NCBI RefSeq assembly: GCF_964355755.1
Contig: NC_092676.1
Span: 11,013,888-11,077,887 of the forward strand
Length of the DNA: 64,000 nucleotides
Source: Antedon mediterranea
Lineage: Eukaryota; Animalia; Echinodermata
Reading direction: 5' to 3'
Below, piece after piece: positions 40,557-54,211 of the stretch. Within the stretch, counting starts at the first letter, position 1. Each line of letters starts with the position of its first letter. Under the pieces are notes generated by a model, which saw only the letters and a list, made by a program, of their open reading frames with translations, had not been told where the DNA came from and made no database searches. The translations under genes were made by a program, and so were the position numbers.

Positions 40557-41906
40557 AACGCTCGACAAAACAAATGATAATGGATGTATAATTACCAAGA
40601 AAGTTACAACTTAAAACCTTTATTTTTGCTTTTAAAAAGAAGTTGTAACATAGAAACTAATTTTGTCAGGAAATTTGTTTTTATTATTTATGTGATTTAT
40701 TTGTGTTTAGAAAGTTACAACATTAACATTTAATTTGGTAAAAAAATGTGAATATACGGATCCGATTGTAATTTTTAATCCTTAGTATAGTGAGAGATTT
40801 TATAAACAAAAAAAGAGCGAACGGAAATTAATGATTGCAGATTAGACATATAGTAGAAATGGATTGAAATTGGAAATCTACATGATCAAAGAAAAGAAAC
40901 CCATTGTTCCGACAGAAGCTAATGACATTTACAAAGGATGACACACTTTGAATTGAGTAAATACCGTATAACATAATTAAATTTTGTCAAGATAGTTGTC
41001 AAAAAGAAATAAAATATATTATACTGAATTTACTTTGTACATTTATTTAATTTAGGCCGTAATTAGGTTTGTTGTTCATTTATGATTGTGACAAAAAAAA
41101 AATACATACTAATAAAACAGCTATAGGCCTATAAAAAAAGTTTAAAAAAATAATGATTCAGTGTTATAATTTTATTTACCTGTCATTATGTTAATAAAAC
41201 ATATTCTAAATTTAATTTATGTCATGTTAGATATATTTTCAAGGACATTTGTTACATACAAATAATTTTGTAAAGAAATTTGTTAAGAAGTTTGTTTCAT
41301 AAAAATATTTGTGAAGATAAATTTATTACATAAAAATAATTTTGTAAAGAAATTTGTTACATAAATTTATTTTTACAAGAAGTTTGTAACAGAAAATTAT
41401 TTTGCAAAGAATTAGTTGCATCAATTGATTTTATCAAACGTATGTAACATAAAAAAATTATGTTGTTGAATAAAATATTTTGTAATTCAGTCCATTTGCT
41501 CAGTAGTTTGTTTAAGTCTTGTTTGTGTAATATTCTTGTAAATAAAAGAATTTATTTTTAACCTTTGTAATTATTTTGTAAATATCATTTATGCATTTTT
41601 TTTGTCGTAAATAATTGAATTTATTTATACTTTTTGTACGGGAATCAATATTTGTTTATAAATTTAATTATTATTATAGATTTCTTCTTTATTTAGTATG
41701 TCGATTAATTTCAGATTCAGAAACATGTTACACAAGAAACAAAAATTGTCATGAAATTCGTTACATAAAAAATAATTTATCAAGAATTTTTTTTTACATA
41801 AATTTTAATTTATCATTAATTTTGTTATAAAATTTATTTTGTCATTAAATTTGTTAGATAAAAAATAGTTGTTTCATGATTCTAGTTCCTTTTGTTCAGT
41901 ACTTAT

Positions 41907-42000
41907 ATGGAAATTCAAGTTAAGAATGCAATGACAATGACTGGGTGTTTAGCGTGATTAGCGGACCGCTTTCCTCCGGTAAATCGGTATTTGTTAACAA
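41907..42000 (+). pseudogene. Packaging ATPase N-terminal fragment (Walker A) in the palindrome spacer
   Basis: TCAGT then ATG MEIQVKNAMT, frameshift, then VISGPLSSGKSVFV (GxxxxGKS at 41963-41986), truncated where the right arm begins. Confidence 0.65.
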
Positions 42001-43097
42001 TATTGATTCCCGTACAAAAAGTATAAATAAATAAAATTATTTACGAAAAAAAAATGCATAAATGATATTTACAAAATAATTACAAAGATTAAAAATACAT
42101 TCTTTTATTTACAAGAATATTAAACAAACAAGACTTAACAACTTAAACAAACTACTGAGCAAATGGACTGAATTACAAAATATTTTATTCAACAACATAA
42201 TTTTTTTATGTTACATACGTTTGATAAAATCAATAGATGCAACTAATTCTTTGCAAAATAATTTTCTGTTACAAACTTCTTGTAAAAATAAATTTATGTA
42301 ACAAATTTCTTTACAAAATTATTTTTATGTAACAAATTTATCTTCACAAATATTTTTATGAAACAAACTTCTTAACAAATTTCTTTACAAAATTATTTGT
42401 ATGTAACAAATGTCCTTGAAAATATATCTAACATGACATAAATTAAATTTAGAATATGTTTTATTAACATAATGACAGGTAAATAAAATTATAACACTGA
42501 ATCATTATTTTTTTAAACTTTTTTTATAGGCCTATAGCTGTTTTATTAGTATGTATTTTTTTTTGTCACAATCATAAATGAACAACAAACCTAATTACGG
42601 CCTAAGTTAAATAAATGTACAAAGTAAATTCAGTATAATATATTTTATTTATTTTTGACAACTATCTTGACAAAATTTAATTATGTTATACTGTATTTAC
42701 TCAATTCAAAGTGTGTCATCCTTTGTAAATGTCATTAGCTTCTGTCGGAACAATGGGTTTCTTTTCTTTGATCATGTAGATTTCCAATTTCAATCCATTT
42801 CTATATGTCTAATCTGCAATCATTAATTTCCGTTCGCTCTTTTTTTGTTTATAAAATCTCTCACTATACTAAGGATTAAAAATTACAATCGGATCCGTAT
42901 ATTCACATTTTTTTACCAAATTAAATGTTAATGTTGTAACTTTCTAAACACAAATAAATCACATAAATAATAAAAACACATTTCCTGACAAAATTAGTTT
43001 CTATGTTACAACTTCTTTTTAAAAACAAAAATAAAGGTTTTAAGTTGTAACTTTCTTGGTAATTATACATCCATTATCATTTGTTTTGTCGAGCGTT

Positions 43098-43379
43098 ATG
43101 GTTGATTTAGAGGAAGTAGTTTTAGCATACATTGAATATAAATTGACGGGGTTAGTTGTTTTGGATTCACCCATCCTCCAGAGTACTATTCGTGCTTGTA
43201 AAGAGTTGGAAAACAATTTTAATGTGTTAGAATTGTGTAAAGATATTTCTTTGGAAGCGCTGTATTATGTATTAGAACAAATGATGAGCGATAGAAAAAT
43301 AAATGTCGGCAGACTTGTGACAGGACTCGTTGTATGTACATGTGTTGCGACACAATGTGACACTGAATTGCAGTTATAA
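43098..43379 (+). CDS. Bcl-2-like protein, right arm (identical protein)
   Basis: Mirror of 40275-40556. Confidence 0.65.
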   Translation: MVDLEEVVLAYIEYKLTGLVVLDSPILQSTIRACKELENNFNVLELCKDISLEALYYVLEQMMSDRKINVGRLVTGLVVCTCVATQCDTELQL

Positions 43380-46300
43380 AATGTAAAACGTGTCTCCTGT
43401 GGATTTTTCAAGGAAAAGTTTTCGTTATTTGAACTTCTTAATGACGATGAATCGGTTAGTATGAAATATTCTTAAATTATTCACTTTATTTATAATGCGC
43501 GTGTTTTGTTTACTAATTGCTTTTTATTTTTTTATTTTTTATTTTCGTTCAGAATTTGTTTCTGTGTAGGAAGGGAGATGTTTTTTTTCAGAATAGTAGC
43601 ATTCTTAGTGACTGGTATGGTGTTAACGCTTGTTTTTTGTTGAATGTCTTCAGATGTTTCCTCTAGTCATCAAAAACAAATTATTATGAACACCATATTG
43701 TATTGATCTCTCTAATTAATTTTAGAAGTGTTATCATTTATCTAAAATGTATATTTCTCAATAATAAGCATTTACTTTATAAATTTGGTAAAAATACATT
43801 TATAATATGCCTTCTTATTGAAAGTGTCGTTACAAACCGTGCGTCTCAAATTTGTTTTCTTTTGTGTGCGTTTTTATATCAGTACGTATTGTGTCTTTCT
43901 TAAAAGATTTAAAATTGAAAACACGTATAAAATGAAATTCATTTTGAAATAAAGAAATTGTATTTAAATTTAATAAGTCTATACATTTTGTATGTTTATT
44001 TTTGTAATATTACTTATTATATATAAAATATAACTACTGTTAAAAATACCACTGTTTAAAATAAAAAATAAAAAGTAAACAGAATATTTTTAATCACAAT
44101 CATTTAATATGTATGTTTGCAATTACATTTAACAAATTCAAAAACTTCATACACGAGTTAAACAACACGCAAAGATCAAATTTCATTTTTGTTGTTGATG
44201 TTAAAAACAAAATGTATTTCAATACACATTCTATTGTAATACACTTTACAAAATAAAATTTTTAATCGCAATCATTTATTATGTATGTTTGCAATTACAT
44301 TTAACAAATTCAAAAACTTGTTTTTTTTTTTTTTTGTATAAATAAATTAGAAAAACGTCATACACGAATTAAACAACACACAAAGATAAAATTTCATTTT
44401 TTTGTTGTTGATGTTAAAAAACAAAATGTATTTCAATACACATTCTACTTTAACAGAAAAGAAAAAATTAAGTAAAGTCATAAAATAAACTTATCATGAA
44501 TTAAAATAGGAAAACTACTTTTACAAAATTTACACTGACATAAATTAAGTCAAAACATAATTAATTTATTTATTTTATTAAACAAATCTATTGCAATACA
44601 CTTTACAAACATAATAATAATACAAATTCAACAGAAAATAAAACAAATTAAATTAATTCGAAAAATAAATTTACCATGAATTAAAATAGGGTAACTACTT
44701 TTACAAATTTCTAATAAAAAATAAATATTAAGTGAGATTTTGGTTTACGGGTTATTTTGTTAGGATTAGTTGTTGTTATTTTTTCCAGTCCGATTCCTCG
44801 TACCATGCTACCAACTATTTCAAAATTGACTTCCTTTGATTTTTGGAATTCTAGAGTCAAACCTTTGATTTTGCAAACAGTTTGTCTGAATCAAATTTTA
44901 TACACGTTATTTTTCCAAATCCATTCCCCATTGTTCATCAATAGCACTTACAAGTACCCAGTTTTGTTTGAATTTACGTTGAATGGATGTGTGTAATGTA
45001 TATGTATCTTGCTTGCTCAGTCAGTCTTGAACTTGTCTCTTGGTAATATTTAAATCGTCTTTTTGATAAAGTCGGTCCACACCACCTAAACTATCAGGAT
45101 GCTTAGGATCGTAATATACTTTTCTTAAGTACTCATTCATACTCATTACTCTCATTCACCCAAATGAAAATTTAAAAATAAATCAAATACTTAAATAACA
45201 CGCAAAGATCAAATTCCATTTTCGTTGTTGTTGCTTTTAAAAGAAAAAACACAACCTTTATTTTAACACACATTCTATTTCAATATAATTTACAACCATA
45301 ATAATAATAAATTTACCGAAAAGAAATAAGAATTACAAAATTATGTAACATTAATTAAAAAAGTGTTAAGATATTATTTTTAATTTGTACAAATTACAAT
45401 TGGTAAAGAATCTTATTAAAAAGTTCTGAATCATTTGTAATCAACTTTATGGCTTTATCGAACGCATCAACATTGATACAACGTAAATGAAAGTAGTTTA
45501 GCGCCCATTCAAAATGAGTAGCGCTATTGTCCACAAGTTGCAATGCCAGAATTGGTCGAAAAAATGTTAGGAGTTGTTCATATGTTGAGCCGTGAAAGTT
45601 ATAACGTTCAACCATGTCCTTCAGAATGAATATAAATTCTTCTATGAAAACCTTCTCAATTGTTCTCATTATCTCTTTGTACTCAAGTTCGGTAGTTTCT
45701 TTCTTAATCTCCGCCTCCAGCACAGGGTTCAGGTACTCTTCCGCAAACACCTCATCTTCTACCTCATCTTCTACATCGGCTTTTCTTGCCAGAAATAGGT
45801 GGTAGTCAACTACCGATGACGTGTCATCGTATACAATCCTCTCCTCTTTAGAAATTATTCTCGATCTATAATGTTCGTCTTCTTCAGTATTAGATACATT
45901 ATTGAAATCAACGTTCATTGGAGGTGGAGTTGAATCGCCATTAAACACGTCATATTCCCCATCTCTTCCCTCATCTCTTCCTCCTCCTTTGCTGTAAAAT
46001 AGGCACCAGTCATAGCTAGTATGTCTTCGTCTTCAAATTCTGAATCACTGCTTATATATATAACTTCTTCTTCGACATCAGAGTCCATAGTAAGATCAAT
46101 GATTTCAATCACGGAACCCATAGTAACTAGTTTTTTTTTTTTTTTGTCTGTCTTGTCGAGCTCTGTAGCGTTGTAGAATGAGGTAAATATTACAAAATAT
46201 TCGAGAGTTATATACAGTCAAAAGATTACATTCGGCATTTACCAAATTTGTTTCAGCCAATTGTCATTGTTGTATTTCCTGTCGGAACATTGTGTCGAAG

Positions 46301-47911
46301 CGCCGTGTATCTTTTGTTTCATTAAGTAGCTTCCCCAATGTCATTCAATTTAAAAAATTTCCGATCCAAGATCATCGAAGATCAAACCGTTTTCTCATAA
46401 CTCGCTGCATAGTAGCCTTAGCCTTATCAGCTAATTTAGAATCGGCGTAATCAGCTGTTGGTTTGTAGAAGTTCATACTGATGAAAACTGTACTAAATTC
46501 TCTTAACTTTTTGTTTTAGTCATTGTTATAATATCCTGATCAAATAACTTATGTTGTTACGTTGTTTTAATTAAACCAGGTGCATCTTTTATTGTACCCC
46601 TTTTTAAAAATACCGCCAAGTACATGACTAATTCAAATCTTACAACAATCTTTTACTTCCTTACCCAATGTTAACCATTGTATTATTATATCCGAAACAT
46701 AACACCTATTGACTTCAACCATTGTAAACCATTCGTTCTCATCACAAACGACTAAATCATCACCAAATATTTTTTATTTATTATTTAATAATTTTATATT
46801 ATAATGTATATTAATATATAACAATTCTAGTGAAATGATATTCTCTATTGTCTTATACTACCTCCATTGTTAACCAATATTATAATCACGACTGACTAGG
46901 CCGATGTTTTAGTCATTGTTATAATATCCGGATCAAATAACTTACAACGCTTTGAAAACTGATACTGATGAGTTCAGTATACATTTTACCCTATATTTAT
47001 ACACATTAAAATAATGTATGCATGATGTCAGTAGCGTCCCTCTTTACCTCCTTTTTGTTTTATTTTAAAAGGAAACAAAGAATTCTCTATGTAAAACGTA
47101 AACCATTTAAATGAAAATGAAAGTTAATTTAAAGTTAGAAATAATAATTATTTGTTTTACTTTTTTTTTGAAAAATAGTGAAACTTAACATCTTGCTTCA
47201 CGTTACACCAATCATTCATTGCGAATCCCCATTGTTAAAATTTTCCGGAAGAAATTAAGTACATGTTGGTATAGTTCAATAAAGACATACTTAAATATCA
47301 CTTCATTATATTCTTGTCTTTTTATTATTGTCATTGATTAACTTCCAAAACCAAACAACTCTATTGTCTTACTTCCTTACCATCGTTAACCATTGTCTTT
47401 TTCAAATTAAATAACAACTCCATTGTCTTACTTCCTTACCATTGTTTACCATTGTATTAATTATAATAGGATTAACTAATGTCATCCCCTCAAACGCCCT
47501 CTATGAGGGCTGGGCCAACTTATTTTACTACTGAGATGCTACTTCATTAGCCAAGCGCGACACATCCCTCCTATGTTTAAATATAAACCTTAGGATAGGT
47601 TTCGATATAATAATAAATATATATAATATAATATAATATATAATATAATTTTAATAATATAATTTTGATGTCAAAGTTCAAATTTAGCCAATTACAACAA
47701 TGTGTTATATTAATGTATTATAACCAATTTATTGGAGCATAATTTGGTCTTTTATTACTTTTTCATGGTAAAAAAATTCGAAGGGTCAAAGGTCAATATA
47801 TATATATATATACCAATCAAATAATTTAACTATAAAAAAACCCAATAAAATCTAACAAATAACATAAAATGTGACGACCCAAAGCAGATCACATAATGTC
47901 GTCAGTTGGCA

Positions 47912-48905
47912 CATGGATTAAAGAATAGAAGGATATGCATCGACGGTGACATCAAACGATTATCCAACGCGCTTGCCTATAAAGCACTGCTGCCAATCAA
48001 ACAAACACGATCATTGAACTCCGTGTCTCTAACCGCGGCCCTCTATAGAACGCTGCGAATCAACTGTTTTTTAGAACAAAACGTAGCCATGTAGAAATCG
48101 TATGCCCAGTCTGATTGTTCTATTGACATGTCTGCGTCGATGATAAATTGACAACAACAATATATTTCTGAACAATTCTGTTTTAATTTCCTCACAATCG
48201 GACTACGGAAAGTTCACTTTCTTACGACCGGTAATTTTAAGTAGTTGGTAATATTAATAAGATATGCAATTTTTATATTTGAATTATCATATTGACCTTC
48301 CACCTCCTGCCATTAAAATTAATCTATTGAATATTAAATTATGCATTTCACCATGTATGTTTTTACCGTGTCTTGTGGTCTCAAGTACAACAAACGTGTT
48401 TTTACTATATGGCTAAGCCGTGGTTACTTCATAAATCTCCTTAATTATCGATGTGATTATATTTAAATTGTAGTGCCTGGTGATTGGCTAGTGGATATGT
48501 CATCCACATCACATTCAATCACCGGGCTTAATTGAATGAAAACTGCGATACCTGACCCGAGATTGGCTGGCTATGTATAGTTGCGATACCTTGTCTAATA
48601 CTGTATTATTATTCACACAAGAATTAGACAACGATGAGTATAGATCATGATTACACGTTGGAGCTACTACACTTAAGATTAGCCTACAGTACCAATAGGC
48701 CTGCCTAGGCCTATATCAATGTCGGCAAATCATAGGGTTTACTAGTAAGCCTAGAAAGCCTGGGCCTAGTATCCTTGGTGATTTTGTAATTTTACATGTA
48801 GGCTGAGATAACAACTAGTTGTTGTCTCAGATGTAGGGCTACTACAGGTCATAAAATGCTACTTTAAGGTCATAAAAACATTAGCGTAGATCAATCGCAG
48901 CAGAT
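47912..48905. mobile_element. Second, partial copy of the P-like element (inverted relative to 8035-9679)
   Basis: Starts with the same CATGGATTAAAGAATAGAAGG TIR and aligns by eye to the reverse complement of ~8620-9679. Confidence 0.75.
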
Positions 48906-49513
48906 TTCGAACATGGCAACATTAATGTTTTTTAAACCCAAATGGTACTACAATTTACAAACAATCTTGTAATTACATTTATTAATAATCTTGTAATATA
49001 TCTGGGAGATCGTTTAATTTGAATTCAGAAAAGTTATATTAAAGTTTTGTTCGTCGCCATTGCAGATAGCGCAAAAAATATTCAATTCAATTCAATTCAA
49101 TTCACATTTATTTACTCATCGTTTATAAATACAGTTTCATAGCATAAATGATGGCAAGGATCCTGCATAGAGAAGTTTACACTTCTGTTTTCGCAGGACC
49201 CTTTTACATAAAAAACATAAAACAATAAACACAACATAATAGATACAAAATAAAAAAAAAAAAACATTTCCTATATACATTTTAGAGTTGTTCATCATCA
49301 AAAAGCGATACTGTTTTTCTAACATGATTATTTATACATTTTGTCTTAAAAAAGAAGATATTCAGTTTATTACTTCCAGTACATGTGGATTCTTTCTATA
49401 TATATTATAGCAAAAGTATGAATACATATAATATAAAACAGGCTATGTGTGTATACTCGCACACACCAACACAACGCATAATATATGCATCTATATTTTA
49501 TGAGTGAAGCATT

Positions 49514-52500
49514 TTAAGTTCTGTAATTCAATAAAATGTCTCTTTTTACATATTTTTTTAGTATTTTATAATTTTTGTTAACAATATCTAAGTGATTTCT
49601 ACAGAGCTCGTTCCATAGTTTTGGTCCGTGAATACTGATAAAATGTTGACCAGACGTTAACCTAGAGTATGGTTGTTTTACGCTACAAATATTTCGAAGA
49701 TTATGGGTAGTATTTCTGGGTAAAACATTGCTTTTAATCTGGGCCATGAAACCTAGGACGGTAACTCTGTTGATATCTTGTATGTTAAGTATATTTAATT
49801 GCTTAAACAGTGGCTCAGAATGTTGCCATGGCTTTTTAAATAAAATTATTCTAGCAGCCTTTTTCTGGAGTTTAAGAAGGGATTCTAGTGTACTATCATA
49901 TGTACTGCCCCAAATAATGTTTCCATACTGAAGGTGCGGTAGAATTAATGTATTATACAAATTTGTTAAAATATAATTAGGAAAAAAATGTCTAGTTTTT
50001 ATCAATATTCCAATAGACCTAGCGGTTATTTTGCTAATAAGCCTTATATGATTTTTCCAGCAAAGGTTCTCATTTATTACAACCCCAAGAAATGTTACAT
50101 TTTTTTGTTGTTCTAAAGTAATGTTATTCATTTTCAATTCAATGTTGGTTGTAATAATACGCCTTTGGGCAGTTTTAAAGATTACGTAATTTGTTTTGCT
50201 GGTGTTTAATAAAAGTTTATTAGCTTTGAACCACATATTAATTCTATCTAGTTCCACATTCATAGTGTTTGCCAATGCGTTCAGGTTATTTCCACACTTG
50301 AATCCTGTTGTATCATCGGCAAAGCTAATTAATTCAATTTGTGTACTTGAGTTACATATTTCGTTTACATATACAAGAAACAACAAAGGTCCCAAAACGG
50401 ACCCTTGTGGAACACCAATACTAGTCTCCTTAATATTAGACGAAGTACCATTTATAAAAACATATTGCTTTCGTGATTTTAAGTAGTTACTGAACCATTT
50501 TAGTGTAACACCTCTTATACCATAGTGGAATAGCTTGTTCAGTAATATACTGTGGTCAATAATATCAAATGCCTTTGACAAATCCATAAATGTGGCAATT
50601 ACGAACTCTTTGTTTTCAAATGCCTTTAGTATTTTGTGGATCAGATCAATTATAGCGTGGGAGGTTGAATGATTGTTTCGGAAGCCGTATTGCCAATCAT
50701 TTAGTATATTGTAAGTTTTAAAGTAATTATACAATCTGGAATGGACTATCTTTTCAAAGATTTTAGAGAAAATTGGTAGTAGTGATATCGGGCGATAATT
50801 CGAGGCTAAATGACGGTCCCCTTTTTTGTATATGGGAATTACTTTTGCAATTTTTATCTGTTCCGGTATTGAGCCGGAGTGAAGAGATACGTTAAATATA
50901 TAAGTCAAGGGCTTTACAATAGCATCACCAACTGCCTTGATCACCTTTGGTGAAATATCATCAAAACCAGGTGTTTTGTTTGCATCAAGTGATTGAATCA
51001 CTTTTAACACTTCCTCCTCATTTACATGGTAGAAAAACATAGAGTTACTTTGCCTGTTTAGCAGGTTATCAGAGTATTGTGCCGTTGATGGCTCAATACT
51101 GTCTCGTACCTTGAGACCAACATTAATAAAATAATCGTTAATGTGGTTTGCAATAGGCTCACAACCCTCTATGAGTTTGTCACCAGATGTAAAAGTGGAT
51201 GGAACATTATTTTTGCCTCCACCTGGATTTATAATATCATTTATAATATTCCATGTTTTTATTTTATTTCCTTTAGTATTGTTAAAAACATTTTCATAAT
51301 ATGATTTCTTTGCCTTTTTGCATGTACGCATAAATGACTTATTAAACTCTTTATAAATATCCTTATTTTTAGACGAGGGATGTTTTATAAATTTGTTGTA
51401 CAACGCATGTTTTCTTTTGCTAGACTTTAAGAGTCTTGAGCTCATCCATGGTTGTTTGAACTTTTTATACTTTTTGTGATTTTCTTGAACTTTTTCTTTT
51501 TTTTAAAAGTTTTTATTATATAATTTTTTGAAAGTGTTGATAAAAGCATTGTAAGCATCATCAGGGTTTGTCCTTACATATACATCAGCCCAATCAACAG
51601 GTAATAAGTCATTATATAGTTTATTTATGTTTCTTTCGTTTATTGCATATTTATGAGGTTCTATATTACCGGTTTTTACTTTAATATGTTTGTCGGGCAC
51701 GGAGTGGATAATTTGGTATACCGGTAAATGATCAGATATGTCTGAGATTAGTATACCAGATAACATTTGTTCAGAAAGTGTATTGGAGAAAATGTTATCA
51801 ATTAATGAAGATGTGTTGTTTTGTATTCTAGTGGGTCTTGAAATCGATGGGTAGAAGGAATGCGACATCATTACTTCTAGAAAATTATTTACAAAATCAA
51901 TCGATGCATGCTTAAGTAAATTAATGTTAAAATCACCCATAATGTGGCATGATTTTCCCTCGATATCAATAGTATTAAGAATATCGTCTAGTGATCTATT
52001 AAAAAGTTCTATATTCGAATCGGGAGGTCTATATATTATACCAACAATCGTATTGTTACATTTTTTTTCAATTATTTCAATAAACATACATTCACAAGAT
52101 TCAATAAATAGATCTTTTCTTTCTTTTATGTCAATTGTAGCAGAAACAAACATACCAACTCCCCCTCCTTTACGGTTCTTTCTATCTAATGCGAGGAAGT
52201 CATAGCTCGGTAAATATGGTTTGCACGATGTATTGTTTAACCATGTTTCCGATATACCAATAACTGTAAAGGGGTGGTTGATTAAGTTTAGATATGTAGT
52301 TAGTTCACCAATGTGTTTATTGATACTTCGAATATTATAGTGAAGAAATGAGTAGCCAATATTTTTTAATTTCTTCACAGATTCATTCAAGTCATATGGA
52401 CTCATATAAGAACATGTCTCAATAGCATTTAGTTTGTTTCTGACACTATATTCAATGAATTCGTCATGGTCATTATTACCATTATCAATAGATATTGGAT

Positions 52501-52564
52501 TAAATAGTATATCCATTGGATTTGATATTTCGTTTTCATCACCGTTATTTTTATTGTTATCCAT
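49514..52564 (-). CDS. LINE ORF2: APE endonuclease plus RT (one frameshift at an A-run near 51500)
   Basis: HYNIRS, ISETWL, IYRPP, MGDFN and SDHLP in ORF 51503-52564; YRPISLL, KAFD, GVPQGS and FADD in ORF 49514-51445. Confidence 0.9.
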
Positions 52565-52790
52565 GCTTTGATTTGGTATGTTTATTGATTGTATTTGTCT
52601 ATAAAAAACTATTTTAATTAATATAATTTATAATACTATGCTTATGTCTACTGCTTAATTTCAGTTACAATAACTTTCTGAATTTGTGTTACCTTACAAT
52701 TGTTGAAATTTGTGGTAACGTGGTCTACCTCTTCCCGTGTTAGCTTTTCTGCGAGATAGATCTAGAACGTTTTCAACTTTGTATCTGACA

Positions 52791-54211
52791 TTACTGGCCA
52801 ATAGGCTGTGTGTCGACCAGCTCGCCGTTTCGTAAGAAGTTGCTATTGTCGCAGAATGTTAGGTTTGGTATTTTGTCTGTGCGTATCTTGTGCTTTATAC
52901 ATGAGTTTGCTATTTCAACTCTGAAATTTAGTGGGCCTGCTCGTGGTAAGCCATGTGATATCAAACATTTAGTGTCTGGATGTTTTGTGGCATACTCACT
53001 GACTGTGTTGTATAGCGTTTCTGCGCACTTTTCTGGAGCTGATTCCTTTACAGAGTTAGTTATTTCGTGGATTACTATACAGTCGAGTGTTTCGTGGATT
53101 TCATCGAGTGCATTTCCAATTTGGTCATTAGTGTATGCGTGTGTAATGCTTACATCTGCTTTTGGTAAAATACGACTTGCTTCGACTTTTTTTAAGTGCG
53201 AATTTCCTAATAGTAATACAGATGGTTTCTTGCTTTCGTAGGCTCGATGTGTGTCATTATTTTTCATTAGACTTTCTGCATACGACAATTTCTGACTGTC
53301 TTTTTTTGAGTTAACAGTTTGGAAGTCTGACGCGTCGATGGCTACCTGGGTTCGTTTTGCTTCGTACGCGTACTCCCTTGCTTTTTCTGTTTCGTGTATT
53401 GCTGTCTGTAGTTTGTCCTGGAGATTTGTTATTTGTTTATCTTTCTGCAGGATCATATCGTTGTTTCGCTTGACATCAATGAAAGCATTAGCTGTTAGTT
53501 TGTTTTCTCTTTTTGTTTTTTGATTTTTTCTTTCATTTTTTCCATTTCTACCTTATTTCTTGTAGGCCGGTAGCGTTGGGTTGTCTGTTGTTTTCTGTGT
53601 ACTTTAGCTCCTGTCTTAGGAGTTTTATTTCAGCCTTTAGTTTGGTGTTTTCAATGAGGTTGTTGTTACTTTTTTATTTAGTTCATGTCGCAGACATTCT
53701 ATTTCTTTTTTCATTGACTCACTGTTTATGAGAAGTTGTTTTTTTCCTGGGTCTTGGTCACTTCATTGGTTGAATCAGGTTTCTTTTTGGTCAGCCTTTC
53801 ATCAATATATCTTAAACGTTGGTCAAAAACTAAGATAGTCTCTGTTAGAGTTGATAGTATGCTAGGAATACGTTTGCACACTAAGCATATCCATGGGCCT
53901 TTTTTTCCTTTTGCGTCTGCACATGTCCTGTGGTACTGCTTTGAACAAAGAGTACATGCTATTGTGTTTTCGTTTTTTCCTGTTGAATCACACCCTGCTA
54001 TACATTCTATTGTGCCTCTTTCTTCCACAAGGTATTGTTCAAGTTTATTTTTAACTGGATTTTGTGTGGTAGAGACCGGTGACAGTATCGGAGGCGATTT
54101 CGTTGAGTTGTTGTAAACAGGATCTGGAGAAACCGGTGATAATACCGGGGGCGATTTCATTGATTGAAATAATTCAATCAAGTCAGCGCTATCATTTGGT
54201 GACAATGCCAT
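52791..54211 (-). pseudogene. LINE ORF1 (PHD finger, coiled coil, SGNH esterase-like), interrupted
   Basis: CIAGC..CTLCSKQYHRTC..WICLVC (C4HC3); VLLLGNSH and HEITN esterase-like blocks. Confidence 0.8.

Larger units (their letters stand above)
36271..47532. mobile_element. Polinton/Maverick-derived non-autonomous element forming a giant palindrome
   Basis: Termini AGTAGTAAAATAAGTTGGCC / GGCCAACTTATTTTACTACT; 6-bp TSD GAGATG (36265-70, 47533-38). Arms 36271-~41652 and ~41998-47532 are near-identical inverted copies. Integrase, pPolB and ATPase fragments present. Confidence 0.9.

Noticed and set aside
36271-47532. Host segmental inverted duplication or assembly fold-back
   Set aside because: Exact Polinton-type termini with a 6-bp TSD and arm-specific indels fit a single integrated element better.
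49728-54116. Several + strand ORFs of 60-143 aa
   Set aside because: Antisense shadows of the LINE ORFs.
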